Below, piece after piece: positions 1 to 13,847 of a DNA stretch of 64,000 nucleotides (positions are counted from its first letter, which is position 1; the number at the start of each line of letters is the position of its first letter). The stretch covers positions 248,001 through 312,000 of the forward strand of contig QPGO01000072.1 of NCBI GenBank assembly GCA_008632985.1, in the 5' to 3' direction. Source of the stretch: Psammoneis japonica. Taxonomy: Eukaryota. Below the pieces are notes generated by a model. The model was not told the origin of the DNA. It saw only the letters and a program-made list of their open reading frames with translations, and ran no database searches. A program made the translations under genes and the position numbers.

Positions 1-390
1 TCAAACGGCAACCTCGATGGCATGAGCCAAGTCCCCAGAAAAAACATGAGGGAAAAGGGAATGTCCGAAACGCCAATGGCAAACATGAGACGATTCTGAG
101 TCTTCCTGAGTTTGAATTGTGAAGACTTGAGAATCATGTGCACAATGAGGCAGGATCCAACGAGAGACAGAGCACCAGTGACTCGAGGCATGTTGTGCAG
201 GGCTCGTCGCTGTGCTTGTGTGAATCTGGGTCCACGAGGTCCGAGAAACTGCGGCGGCCCTCCTGCACCTCTCGGCGGCCCTCCTGTTGTTGCATTCATG
301 GTTTGTTCTTCACTTTCAAACCCAGTTGTGTTTTGATGCAGTTTGTCTCTTCATCAGCTGGCAACTTGAAACTGTGTCAACCCTTTGTCC
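1..390. other. Tail of a TpA-depleted domain (probably a degenerate repeat continuing left of the window)
   Basis: No TA seen until ~393, then TA-rich sequence (540-960). Confidence 0.55.
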
Positions 391-1021
391 TTTAGATTTT
401 ATGTTGGGTTAGGGAAACTACAGCTAGACTGGTGTCAGTGTCGGGGGTTGGGGACGTTGGATTTTTGTCCGCGAAGAGAGGAGGAGTTTTACCGCTACAG
501 TGTATTAGCATGTCTGAAACTACCGTAGAGTAGCGGCTATTATGAAGAGGAAAGTGGGTAAATTATAATTTTTATCTTGAGTAGATGTTATTTATCATCT
601 ATTTTTTAAAGAATGTCTATTGTACATTTCCCCTACGTACATATTAGTACTGTAATATGATGTATACAAACTTTTTCATTGCACTTTATGTACACTTATG
701 TTGTAATGTACTGTGATCTATCGTTATTTATGGTAAAAGAGTCTTTATAGATTTGTCTTTTCAATGCGAAATTGTTATACTGTAGAAAGCTACGTGAGAC
801 AAAGCGACGACATCGAGAGGTAGGTTCACGCAAGAAAACTGTAGAGTTTCCCAGTGCTGCTAGTAGCTACGTAGAGGCCATGATGATGATCAGAATTGTT
901 CGCGTTAGTCTTGCTTTTGTAATGCTCTCTACTAGTAGTGATATGGATGGATCAAGAATTTGAATTTCGAAGAAATGTACTCTATCATAATGCTGATTCT
1001 ATTCAAAACTGGCGCTAGACG

Positions 1022-4020
1022 TTAAACATCGCTATCATCATCAGATGCGTGGGATGTCACGGCAATGTCTTTTTCACCGGATAAAGTAGTGCCGGAGCGA
1101 GGCTCACGGATGCAGTCTTTTGTACCAATGATAGACAACACGACTGGGAGGAGCATAAGGCCGTGGCTAATACCAAGCAGTACCAGAGCCATGAAGGTCA
1201 GGAAAATCGTACTGAAGATCTCGCTCGTGCTGAATGCAAGTGGAATCACACCAAGAAATGTCGACATGCCCCCAATTAGGATCGAGCTGCCCATTGTCTG
1301 AAGCATATCCTTTGTCTTTTCGAAACGTTCCCCAGGCGCTTCGTAGTACCGAAGCAGTGCGTGCATAATGAAATCAACAAGGAGCCCAATTGCCATGACG
1401 AGGGATATGTAGCTCACTGCGTTGATGTGTACTCCCCAGAATTGAAGCAAGCCTGCGAAATGGAGAAACACGTAGATTGCATTAGTTGGAAAGAGATGGA
1501 CGATACGACGAATCTTGTGTATGTTTCTTCGCTGATGTACTTACCAAGAAGATCAACGTATAGTATGGCTATCATTGGAGCAACAAACAACACTGCTGAC
1601 CAATGCGGAATAAAGAAAAAGCCAAGGGCGCTGACTGCCACCACACCAAGAATAGTGGTAAGAATAAGCTCGTCGGCCGCAACAGAATAAAATTCCCAAA
1701 TATAATACGTCGACTGGAACGTGAAGAAGGGCCAGTCCTTCTTGTCCTTGTTGATGGGTTGAGCTCGAGTTACTTTGCGTTGGTTTTCAAGAGCATTTAT
1801 CTGGTCTTGAACATCTTCTTGATCAACGTTGTCCATGGTGAAATGACAAGATGAAGCGATAATCGATCCATCGTCACCGCGCCAGATATGATCTTCGTAT
1901 AAATCTCTGTAAACCGGGTCTTGCAAAAAGAGGTCGACCTGTTCATTGAATGTCAAGCTGCCGGTAGCATTCTCGGATCCAACAAAGTTGTAAAAGTCAC
2001 GAAGCCAAAAGAACTTGGGTTGGTTGGGAACCTCTTCAAGCAGCTCAACAATGTCGTTGATGTAGTCCTCCATTTGCTGTTGAATACTGGGGTCAGACTG
2101 GTTCACAAATCGAAAGTAAGCGTTTGGTGCAACGCCGCCTCGTGTGGAAAAGTCGTCAAATGCTTTCCAAAAGTCGGTCACGTAGGATCCCTTGGGGACC
2201 ACATCTGTAAAATCAAACTCTTGAGTCAACTGAGTTGCGCTCCAGAGAAAGATGCCAAACAGAGCCGTGAAGATTACAATCACCACCGCCTTAACCCACG
2301 GATGTAGAAGGAAATCAGCATAACGCCCCATGAACTTGTCGGTGAACTGAACGGTTTGTTTTCGGGTCTCCTCCTGACGATCTTCTTCTTCTTGGTCCTC
2401 TTCTTCATCACGAGTGACGCTAACCCAGACGCAGCAATCACGGCGATTCTCCTTAACGCGATTCTCATCAATGACAATGAGGGCCACGAAAAACGTAATC
2501 TGGTAGAGATATACGAGCAAAATTGTGGGGAATGCGTAGAGACAGAGCCAGTAGACGGCAGGAATGCTCGAGATACACCCCAAACCAAAGGCCAGTGATG
2601 AGGTGAGGGTAGTGAGGGTAATACTCATTCCTACGTCCTCAATAGTTTCTCGCATGCGAGAGGGAATGGGAGACGAAACTGACGTGCGAAACCAAGAGCT
2701 TGAGATGATGTAGCTGTCATCCAAGCCCACGCCAAAGATTACGAAGGGCAGAATCTGCGACATGGAAGTAAAGGGCACTCCTATAGAACGGCGTTCACAA
2801 GAAGTGAAGCCAACGGGTAAGTTAGGAAGGAATGGCATACCACATTTGAAACGTCGCTAATCCACGTACCGCAGATAAAGAGCAATCCGTATCCTGTCAT
2901 CAACGACAGTAGCACCGAAACGACGGCTCCAAATCCCAAAAGAGTTCGCGACTGGACCTTATCCTTCCTGAAGAAGACAAAGCATGTGAAGATACTCATG
3001 ACTACAAAAACAATCGGAACGAGAGGAATATCGTTCACAATGGCACGGGTAAATTCGTCCGAAAAGGAACGCTCGGCAAAAACTTCGACGCGAAAGTCCG
3101 TGTTGCGATCCGCTTCCCAAGCATCCTTGAGGTCCAACAGGCGATCAATCGCAATTTCTTCAAAGCTTTCTGCTTCTTCAGTTTCAGGAAGATCGACTTG
3201 AACCATGTAGCTCTGAGCGACCGTCAAGGTACCGTTCTCATCTTCCGCGTTCCCCAAAATGGCCAGCCTGTCAACGGGAGTGCCGTCTGGGTACTTCTGT
3301 TGAGACATGGCGTCAATGGCATCTTGATCAGAAGAAACTTGTTCTTTAAAAATAGTCGTGGTGTGGTTCCAGAACCTGGTGACTCCCGTGATCCTGCAGA
3401 ATGGCATACCCTCCTCGTCCAACGTGTGAGAGTCGGCACAAACGTCGCTGTATCCTGGTGTAGAACGCAGCTCATCCAAGGCCACAAAGACTCGACGGAC
3501 GCCCTCCTGACCCAAAACGTTTTGTCCATTGGTGTGGACTACCAAGTTAAAAGGCCGAGGCTTGGTGGGAAAGCCAGATTCATTATCGATCCACTTGCCG
3601 TGCGACAAGGGTCGACTGTTTCTCGGGGTCCACAGCACGTCTTCGTCCACGTCGACATTAAAGTTTGTCAGTAGACCAACGACCAGGACAGAAACAGAAA
3701 AACCAATGATGCCGATAACATAACTCTTGGGATGAGTAGCGGCGTGACTAGTAACTTTAAGGAGGACCCGATTGATGGGCTGCCGGATCTTTTCAATAGT
3801 GCGTGACCACTTGGCGGAAAAGGTGTCGTTCTTACTAGATTCATCTGAGGAAAGACAAATCAACGTTTTTGTTCAGCAATCATTTGCAATCAATATTTTG
3901 CACTATTCAGTCTAGTTCACAAATTTTATGGGCAGAAAATTGAGACTCACCTTGACGACGATCCCCCTGAACTCCTTCGTCAAGTTCAACGTCTTCGAGT
4001 TGAGGAGCAGATGATGACAT
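1022..4020 (-). CDS. Patched/NPC1-like sterol-sensing-domain RND membrane protein (multi-exon)
   Basis: ORFs 2781-3863, 1414-2838 and 1022-1471 join through GT-AG introns. Motifs ILPFVIFGVGLDD, MAIGLLVDF..H and GxxHGLMLLPV. Probable start MSSSAPQ at 4020. Confidence 0.88.
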
Positions 4021-4803
4021 CGTGACGACAGCAAACAAAAAATGAGACCTGTCTGAGAGATTGCTTGGGCGTAAAAATTGCTCCGGACTGCACACTTACA
4101 CCAGAATTGTTCCAGAGGAACAATTTCTCGTGTGTTCCTCTGGAAAAGTGTGAGCAAAATCTTGTCACGGCGCTTCATCCGCGTTCGTGATCGCGGATCA
4201 CGATAACAACCGGGAAATGATGTCACTGTTTCTCTTGCTCGCGCCTACTTGTGGGTTTCATAAAGGGATTAACTCGACTAACCTGGCTCTTGACGCCAAA
4301 GCACGACAAAACAACACGTGAATTCTTTGCCGTCGTTCATTTGTCAACCACGAAGAATTACCAAGCCAATGAGACATATATGATCCGCATGTGCCTCATT
4401 GATATAGCTGTACCCAAATGGCTTGGTAACTATTCCGGGTGGGCCCGAACTCGTCCGACAGAACGTGTCATCGTGGTGTGGTGTCGCGAGCGAAAAAGCG
4501 GTGGTTGTCAATTCGTAATGATATATTAATGACTAAATAAATAGTTATATTTGTCTGTGTTTGTTTGTCTTTTTCTGTCAATCTTGTTTCGGACAAACAG
4601 AAAAATGTCAAATTTGAGATGACCAGATGATTCAAAATTGAAAATGACCACGGTGTTTGACGCTTCTCGTCAAAGCTGAAAAGTGACACGACGACACGAC
4701 TGTTCCCAGTTCCCATGCCAGTAGAACTACGAAGCTGGCGTTGTGATTCGCATTTTACGATCTTTGTCTCATAAGCAATAATAACAAAGCAGGATCAATT
4801 CAA

Positions 4804-7000
4804 ATGGCGACTGAAGAAACGGAAGCGGTTGTTACGGATGCGGAAGCTCCGCTGGAGCGAACGGAGGCGGCTTTGGAAACGGAGTCTGAACGCTCCATGG
4901 GATACGCTCTTTTGCAGAGTGTCACGTCGAAAAAGGGGGCGATGCTTTTGCACCCCATGAAGATTGATTTCCCAGAATGCTCTGTCATTGCAATCCTCGG
5001 GCCTAGCGGTTCTGGCAAAACGACTCTGATGAATGTTGTGACAGACAGCATTCCTACCAATCTAGTAGCCACGGGTCACGTAGAGCTCCCTGGACAGAAC
5101 GCGTTTATTCCACAAGATGATCGTCTGCATGGGTTCTTCACGTGCAAGAGTTACCTACGTCACTATGCACGGCTCTCTGGATTAGACCTAAAAGATCCAG
5201 CGACACAGGCATCCATGGATGAGTTGCTGGCTTCGCTGGGCTTGGAAGGGCAAGCTGGTACGATTGTGGGTGACATATTTCTCAAAGGTCTAAGTGGAGG
5301 ACAGAAACGGAGGCTTAGTATTGCTTTAGAAGCTCTGACTCAGCCCAAAAACTTCTTTCTGGACGAGCCAACGAGTGGTTTAGGTAAGTTTTCTTAGACT
5401 ACGAGTATATACAGTATGCTACAATCGGACGACCTTTGAGCACTGACAGTTTGCTCCACCACCTTTATGCCCAACAGATGCCGAGAGCGCTCTGGTAAGT
5501 GAAACGTGTGTGTATACCTAGACATCACATAATATGCAATCACTCACTGCTTCGTCTCTCTACTACACATATCTCCTTTCCTTAAACAGCAAGTCATGCT
5601 CTTTCTCAAGAAATACGCTCGCGCTTCCAGAGGCCGCAGAGTCATCCTTACCATTCACCAACCCAGTTCTTTCATTTGGCAACTGATTGACCACACTGTG
5701 CTTCTCTCTCGAGGAAAGCTCATGTACCAAGGACCGCGTGCGAGTATGGAATGCTTTTTTGAAAGTGCCGGATATCCCACCCCCCCTCAGTACAACCCTG
5801 CCGATCACTACGTTACGGCGGTCAACTCTGACTTTCAAAACCATGAGCTGGAAGTTGATGAGTGGGCAGAGAAATTTGAAGAGTACAAGTCATCCCAGAC
5901 AGCCTTGGCGAGTTGCAGATCGGAGCGCAAGGCATCCATGACGCAATCGCTCATGTCCACCACCGACATGGACACGCATCGTACCAATTGGTTCCGCGCG
6001 ACTCTGGAATTGACGAGGCGCTACTTTTTGAATCTATGGTTTAATCCTGGCATCTTGGGGACACGCATTGCCATGTATGTCATGCTGGCACTCATTGTCG
6101 GTCTGCTCTTTGTCGATCTGGGCAGAGAGACCGACTACAATTCCATTGTCAGTCGCGCTGCGGTGCTCTTTTATTGCGTTTCCTTTTTTGTCTTTATGAG
6201 TGTGGCCGTTCTCCCCTTTACGGTGATTGAGCGAGCCATTGTTGACAAGGAAGTCCGCAATTCCTACTACCACCCATCGGCCTACCAAATGGCTCAAGCC
6301 ATTTCGACCATTCCCGGCGCGGCCGTCTTGGCCTTTTTGGTGACGCTCATTGTCGTGTCTCTCACCAAATTCCGGGACCCACTGTGGTACTTTTTGGACA
6401 TGTTCTTGGCCCTCCTGTGTGCGGAATCCTTGGCGCAGCTGGTGTCCCACGTAGTTCCTCATTTCGTAATTGGAATGGCCATTATTGCGGGAGTAAGTTT
6501 GTAACATGCGGTTTGGTGAGAATCAAGAGACGCAACATTGACTCACGTAAACGTTTCTCTTTTTGCTGTAAAGCTGTACGGCTTCTTCATGCTCTTTTTA
6601 GGCTTTATGATTGTCCCTAGCGACTTTCCCTCGTGGTTGCGCTGGACATATAACGTTGCCTTTCACACCTATTCCTGGCGAACCTTTATGTATTCTGAAT
6701 TTTGCTGTGAGGACCAAGTGTTTGATTCGGAAATCTTTCCCACCGGCCAAGCTGTGTTGGAAGCGTACGAAATTGAAGACGTCAATCGCGGTAATGATGT
6801 ATGTCTTTTTGTGACATTGTGTGAGCGACTTTTTGTTTTTGCTAAACCGTGGGTGCGCTTTTTCTCATTTTGTACAGATGGTGGTCCTGGCATGCTACGG
6901 AATCATTATACACTTGATTAGCTTTGTCGTCCTCCATCTCAAGTACACCAAATTCAAGGGAAGCCTTATTGAAGCCCATGATGACAAGAAGGACGAGTAA
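4804..7000 (+). CDS. ABCG (White-family) half transporter, multi-exon
   Basis: Walker A GPSGSGKTT, signature LSGGQKRR, Walker B FFLDEPTSGLD, H-loop TIHQP, C-terminal ABC2 membrane domain. 17-nt micro-exon at 5478-5494. Stop TAA at 6998-7000. Confidence 0.92.
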
Positions 7001-7259
7001 GACTGTGCTATCACCGTTGAACACTACATTAGAAGGATAAGTACGACTGCATGTGCTGGATGTATGCGTGCTTCGATATTTTTGGAGGATCAAGGCAAGT
7101 ATTACGAATGCCCGTCTCCGACTGCACCAGACTAGACGGATGAGTAGAATGCATGTAGTGCTGCACATTGTATATATTATGATAGACTCCTTTCCGGAAA
7201 TAACATACCTCTAGAGAGAGTTTGTAGTTGGAGCGAGTTGAGAGGAGCAAACATAACGG

Positions 7260-10200
7260 AGTGGTGGTCTTGGCTCTGAGTTGTTTTGTTTCGTGATCCG
7301 CCTCCCGACCGCCATGCCTAACGTGGGGACATCAATCCCCAGGCAGACGCTGGACTGCCACTGACCTGCCCAGGTCCCAACAGAATTCTTCGTGAGTGCT
7401 GCCGCCTGGAGGACCCTGACTTCAGACTGTCTCTCTGCCCCTCTGCAAAGATCCAGGATGGTCAAGTGGGTGTGATGTCCATGAGTGCACTCTGCCAGAC
7501 AATGACACAGTGTTTGATTGAGTGCATTCTCACCATCGCTGGGGCCTCCTCCTCTGTCAGCGGGTGCACCCAACAATGATCCTCTTGTCAAAGGGAGGAG
7601 AATGGCTGTTTGCCAGTGAGCCAGCAAGCCACACCATGATGAAAGCTCCCAGTGCATTGAGTTCCTGGGAAGTGACTCTGCCAATGTCTCTGACCCACAA
7701 AGCAGTGCTGGCTGCACTGTGCAGCCATGCAAAACATGTCCCTGCAGCACACAGATCTGTGCCCCTTTTTTCTCTTGTCAAAATGCCAGAGACCACACCC
7801 CAGCACTTTTGTGCTTTGGCTGGGTTCTGGCATGCTGTTGGCCACATGTCATCTCTGTGGATGACACTGGCTGCCCAAGATGATGCGCTGGAAGGTGTGG
7901 GCCTGTTTGAGGGGAGTGCTGCCATGCGCACTGAGAAAACCAGCAATTTCTCAGAGACTCAGAGTGCTGCCTTGAGCACCCTGCACTGCTGCAGCCAGCT
8001 GGTCTTTTGCCTGTTTTGGGGTGTGAACAATTGAGAAAGCAGCCTGAGGCACACACATCTCTCACATGACTCACACCAAGGAAATGGTGGTGAGTGCAAG
8101 CATCCTTCTTCAACAAGGTGGTGTGCAGACTGGCAAGCTGTTGAAGCGCAGTTCCAAAAGTTCTTGACAAGTCAATTGCTCTGATGTGATGTGGACAGCC
8201 CCCTCAATCAACAGGACATGAAAGCCTGGAGGATGTGTGCAAAAAATTTACCCAGCACTCAGCAAGTTGTCTCCCAGCTTGCAAACCTCTCCTGGCCAGA
8301 TGCTCTGCCACCACTCTGTGGAGCTGAGTGGGCCATGTGTTGGGTCCAGGGAGATGGGCTTGTTGCACCACAATGTGTGCACATGCAACAAGCCTTTTCC
8401 CACACCCTCTGTTGGAATGTTGGGGTGAGAAAGCCTGTTCGCGTGTGACAGACTCATGACATTGCAACAAAAGACACCACACTGATGATTGTGGATGATG
8501 TGGTGCATTTGCACTCATGACTTGGGTTGAGTTGTGGGTTTTGTGCTCACTTTTTGGCTTTTGCACTCAGTTGGCATGGCAACAGTGGCTGACAGTCAGT
8601 TTTGAAAATGTGTTTGGAAGCCATGTGGCAAGTTTGGGGTTGGTGATGCCAAACATGCGCCAGCAAACAAGCCATGAAACTCTGATGCAGAAGGCAAAAA
8701 GTCTTGGCATGACACTCAAAGGAGTGGTGTCAGTCAGAGACAGGCTGGGAAGCCATCAGGAATCCAAACGCATCACAGGCTGGAAAGTCATCAGAAATGG
8801 TGCAAAGGCACGCCTTGTGTCAGTGTGTCATGTGGCAAAAAAGCCAGCTGGATGAGGGCAAAGAAACAATCTCTGGAGGGTCTTGCTGTGAGGTGTGAGG
8901 AAGCTGTCAAGGTTCTGCTGTGAAAGAGAGTGCAGCAAGGCTGTGTTAAACCAGGATGATGTGGGCAAGGGTGTGCAACTGAGCGCGGAAGCACAAAGGA
9001 TTTGAACAAGTGGGTGTGTGATGCGCCATTGCCAAGTTGGGATGACAGTCAGGAAGTTGCACAGAAACCACAAGAAAGATCAGCAAGCATGTCGGAAGAA
9101 TGTTTGGCCCAGAGATGCAGGCACTGGTGTGTTTGAGCCAGGAGAGCATGTGCCAAAAGAGCCACAGAACCTGTTGGAAGACACCACATCAGAGAAGGAC
9201 GACAAGGCAGCCTGGGGCAAGCAATGCGGTCACTGTGTGAAATGGAGAGTGCAGTTTACAAGATGCAGAAGGCAAAGGCTTTCAACACAGTTTTGGGACA
9301 GTGCACAAAGGCCATCCATCACAAGGTTGAAGGAGTGATGAAGTTTGTGACAGTCACAAAGGAGTGAGACATGGCAGCACTCTTGGAAATTTTCAAGTTG
9401 ATCTTCTTGTTCAATGCAAAACACTTGCACATCCAGGCAGTCAAGGCTTGGAAGCAGTTGGCACTTGTTCATCAAGATGAAGGAGATGTGCAACTTCAAG
9501 ATTGTTGCAATCAATTCATGAGCATTGTTGAGATCACAGCAAAAACATCCTGTGCAGCCAGATCTTCCTGGAAGAGATTTCTAAGAAAGAAGATGGGTTC
9601 AGCAAGGGTGCTGATGACATCCAGAACAAAAACCAAAATGAGCAGTCAATGGCATGGCTGATGGAAGGCACCAAGGAGAATGTTGACACATTTTGAAAGA
9701 CTTGCATGGGCAGCTCAAACTGGGGGTTGGCAATTGGCCCATTTTGGCTGAGAAGGCACTGCAGGTGTTGGGCACATGTGGGTCCAACAAGAACAAGCCT
9801 GGGGGTGCAAGTTTTGTGCAAAACAAGAAGAAACTGATTGAGTGCCAGAAATGTCACAAGGCTGGGCATGTGAAAAAGGATTGTCCTCCATTGCTCAACG
9901 ACGACACCAACGACTGTTGTCAGCAGAGCCAACCACGATGATGCAGGCTGCAGGAAACAGTGGAGAGCAGCCAAGTTGGTGTTGGATGGCATGGCTTCCA
10001 AGTGCAGTCCTCCTGTGCTTGATGTGTGCAAGGCACCAGTCAGTTGATGGCTTGTGCTGCGAAGAAGTGTGTTGGAAAGTTGGGATGAGAGAGGCAGCTT
10101 TCACTGGACAAACAGACAAAACATTCTTGCAGTGAAAGATGCAGCCACTGATGATTGTGGATGATGTGGCACATTCATGTTTGCAGCTCAAGTTGAGCTG

Positions 10201-10520
10201 CAGGTCTTGTGCTCACTTTTTGGCTTTTGCACCCGGTTGATGCAGCAACAGCAATTGACAGCACTGGGAGAGGGGCGTGTGTGTGTGTTTGCACAAGCCT
10301 TGCTGTGACGAGGGAGTTGGGGGTTCTTGGTGGTGAGACTGAATGCATGCCAGTCGGCAAGCCGTGAAACTCCAACAACCCTCCCCCTCTGGCGTCAGCA
10401 TGCTGGAGAGGTCACCCGATCACTGTTGCACCCGAAGACGTGCAAGTGTTATGAATCGTGTGAAAGGACAGTGGTCGCGGAATCAGTTGTTTGTTTGTTT
10501 GTCTTTTTCTGACACCCGAG
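7260..10520. other. TpA- and CpG-depleted domain of nested degenerate repeats
   Basis: Only ~6 TA in >3 kb by eye, very few CG, strong TG/CA excess, sharp edges. Confidence 0.85.
8410..10250 (+). mobile_element. Degenerate, internally deleted Ty1/Copia-type LTR element
   Basis: Diverged ~175-180 bp direct repeats TGTTGG...CAACA at 8410-8584 and 10070-10250. Gag-like zinc knuckle CQKCHKAGHVKKDC (~9844-9885). Pre-integrase-like segment at ~8670-8730. No clean TSD. Confidence 0.55.
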
Positions 10521-10754
10521 TTTGACACGCATGGATCGACGCGTCATGTTGGGTGGGAGTGACACCCGTAGAATCCTACATGATTTCAGTACCGAAAGAG
10601 CGATCAAGCAAAAGTTCCGACTTGCCTCCGACCCGCAATTGTTTTTTGATCGGGCGTGTCACTGCACATCTGCCTTGTTAGTTGTTGCTTCTCAAACCAT
10701 TCATCGCAAGAGAGAGCAAAGTAACAATTGTTCCATAACAAAGAGAGAAAAGCA

Positions 10755-13598
10755 ATGTCGAATCCAATAATCGATAATGTGGATATCGAGCTGTTGAAGC
10801 AGGTTCTCGATGAGTAAGTTGATTTTTTTTTGTAACGATTTAATTCATATCCCAGAGCTCCCATCCATGGTTGTTGTGGATTGTTGGGACAAGCAGGCGT
10901 GACTAAGTTTTTTATATAGGCGGCGGCCTACATGTGCCGCGTAATTTTTAGGATTGAATTGATCTCAATTGAAACTAACACCAATTTTTGCTGTTCTTCT
11001 TCTTTTTTTTTTTCAGTGCCATCAAATTGCTGCTTTCTCATTTACCGGCCGCCAAGGAGATTTCCATGCAAGTGATTGAAACGGTGTTTGTCCCAAAAAC
11101 AGTTGCCAAACAACTCGCACTTGCCATGGCACTCGAGACGGCTGTGATATCCATGGATCAATTGTTGGCACTGTTGCACACACTCTTGACGGTGTTTTCG
11201 TCCAAGGAACGTTTGATTCGATCTTTGAAGAACGATCAAATGCACGCGGAAACACAAGACGAATGGATGGATTTAGCGGAACGGATTGATCATATTCAGG
11301 GCAACGATGTGTGGCGATCGCAGCCCGATTGTTTGCTGTATGAGCGAGAGCGGATATCGGCACGTATTGATGAATTTATTCATTTGATGCGACGACGAGA
11401 CTTGTTTGATTTAATGTTTACACTGCGAGGGGGGATTGGACGAAACAAATTTGGACTGTTGCATGAGGGACTCTTTTCCAAGGCCATGGCGGGCAGCAAG
11501 GTGTTGGTGGAGACCTATCACAATGTCGTTTGTGCGGCTCTGGATTATTGCTGCGATGCGCCCGTGTTGGGACATGAAGATCCCATTCCGACCGAAGCGC
11601 GATTGGCGTTTTTCAACGAAGCGAGGCATTCCTATGGACGCACAGCCTTGCTCTTGTCGGGAGGTGCGGCTCTGGGATTTTATCATGTCGGGGTCGTCAA
11701 GACACTCATGGAGAATCAATTGTTACCCCGCGTTATTGGTGGATCGTCTGCGGGTAGTATCCTGTGTGCCATGATTGGAACCAGGACGGATGCTGAGTGT
11801 CACGATGATTTGTTCGAAGTGCAAGGCACGAGTGCGCCAGGACATTCGGGAGAGCTTCGCCTCAACTTTTTCAGGCCGCTCTTTGAAGACGAACAAGAAA
11901 AAAGTCGGAACGACTTGTCCGAGGTCTATCACAACACCGCGGGCGCCTTTCATGATTTCAAGAGAACCTTTCAAGTCTTTGTTCCGATTGGATTGCGCAA
12001 TGCTACCTCTGTCATTTATGACATTTTGACGGGCAAGCGCAGGTCCAACGAGGTCTTTATGCACGACACCAATCACTTTCGTCAATGCGTCCGTGCCAAT
12101 GTCGGGAACTTTACCTTTCAAGAAGCCTTTGATCGGACGGGGCGGATCCTGAACATTACCGTGACTCCCAAGAACGCGAGCGACCCACCGCGATTGCTCA
12201 ATTACTTGACGGCTCCACACGTGCTGGTATGGAGTGCCGCCGTGGCTTCCTCCTCCTTGCCGGGAGTCTTTGAGGCCAACAAGCTCATGGTCAAGGACGC
12301 GGATGGGACGGAGCGCTACGAGAGTGCGGCGGCGCAAGACTTTTCCGACGGAAGCATGGAAGCCGATTTACCCATGCAGCAGTTATCAGAGATGTTCAAC
12401 ATCAACCATTTCATCATTGTAAGTGCTTTGCAAATTTTGGATTCTCGCCAAAGAAAATGCTCATATCGTGTTGCTGTCTTTCCGTCTATTGTTGCAGTCT
12501 CAAGCCAACCCACACGCCGTGTTGTTTGCCGGATACAATGTCAATCGGAGTGTCTGGAGCCATCCCATTTTGGGATTTGCGCACGGTATTTTGGTCTTTC
12601 TCAAGGATCAAGTCCGCTCCTGGTTAACTCATGCGGTGGAACTTGTGGGTGGGCGAAGGATTGCGCCTCTCTTTCATACCTCTCGTGGTATGGGCAGTAC
12701 CTTCTTCACCCAAGAGTACGAAGGACGCAATTGCGACATTTCCCTCACTCCTTGGCTTCATCATCGCAGTCTCATGAGTGCGCTCTTGCATTGCATCTAC
12801 AATCCAAGTGAAGCTGAATTCAGAGACTGGATCATGGCGGCCCAGCGTGAAACGTGGACTCATATTCCGGCCATTAAGAGCCACTGTGCCGAAGAAATGA
12901 CATTGGATCGTTGTGTTCAGAGATTGAGGAAACGCCTCGTGACGGAATCGTGGGAGAAGCGAAGGGTCGATTCCACCTCGGAGAAAATGGGAGACCGTGT
13001 GCCATCCTTTTTCCAGAGTCCCAGCTTGGTCAATCTGGGCGGCTTGGGAATTACCGATCATGTCCAACTGGAAGTGGATGGAAACGACGCTGCTGCGCCG
13101 CTTCGTCGTGACGCTGAGAATTCTCCCCGCGCGACTTCTGCTGGTGCGCCGCCTGTGGAGATTAACCAGGGATGGGGCGGCATGGGATTGCGCGGTAACT
13201 ACTCGTTGAACAGTTTGGAGCGCAACGAATCTCAAAATTCGGGTTTGTATTTGGAAGATGACGATGACGTGCAGCAGCAACAGGTTCCTGGAGAGCTCAC
13301 CACGACGTCCGTGCAGAGTCGATCAAGTTCCTTTGGAAGATTATCTTCAGACGGTGACAACAACAGTTACATCAAGACTACGAGCATGGCTAGCTTCTAC
13401 TACCGAAACAGCTACAGCTATGACCAACTTTCATCACTCAAGTCCAAGAGTCACAATGAAATCGTTAAACCGACGGCTCCGGAGGATGAGTATACTGCTC
13501 CGACTCCCCGTACCACTGCTTCACTGAAAAAGACGTCCAAGAGCACCACCGATTTGGACATGCATCGGGATGAAGGGTGCTTGGAACCACTCAAATAG
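10755..13598 (+). CDS. Patatin-domain triacylglycerol lipase (SDP1/TGL4-like), multi-exon
   Basis: GRTALLLSGGAALG, GSSAG nucleophile elbow, TFQEAFDRTGRILNI, LLNYLTAPHV, DGS, MFNINHFI..SQANPH. Intron ~12419-12497. Start inferred. Confidence 0.9.
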
Positions 13599-13847
13599 GA
13601 AAACTGTGCGTTTTGGTGAAGTGTTGGACGTTTCTCGTCAAGGCACGCTTCTAAGAGCTGTTAGCTAATTTGTACATATAGGATCAACCTTTTGTGACTC
13701 TGTCGTTCATTGATGTACAGATGTAGAGTATGACAGTAGACGTAGTGTAAATATGCAATGCGAATCCTATGTAAAATGAATTGAAACTACCAGTACAGCC
13801 AACTGCCCAAAAGCGCAATCGCTGACGACATGCCCTTGCCCCGCTAA

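Noticed and set aside
420..505. Possible DNA-transposon terminus ending CAGTG
   Set aside because: No partner inverted repeat or TSD in the window.
7211..10525. Dozens of Cys/His-rich ORFs here and in the other purged domains
   Set aside because: By-products of TAA/TAG loss: overlapping in all frames, Tyr-free, no coherent domains.
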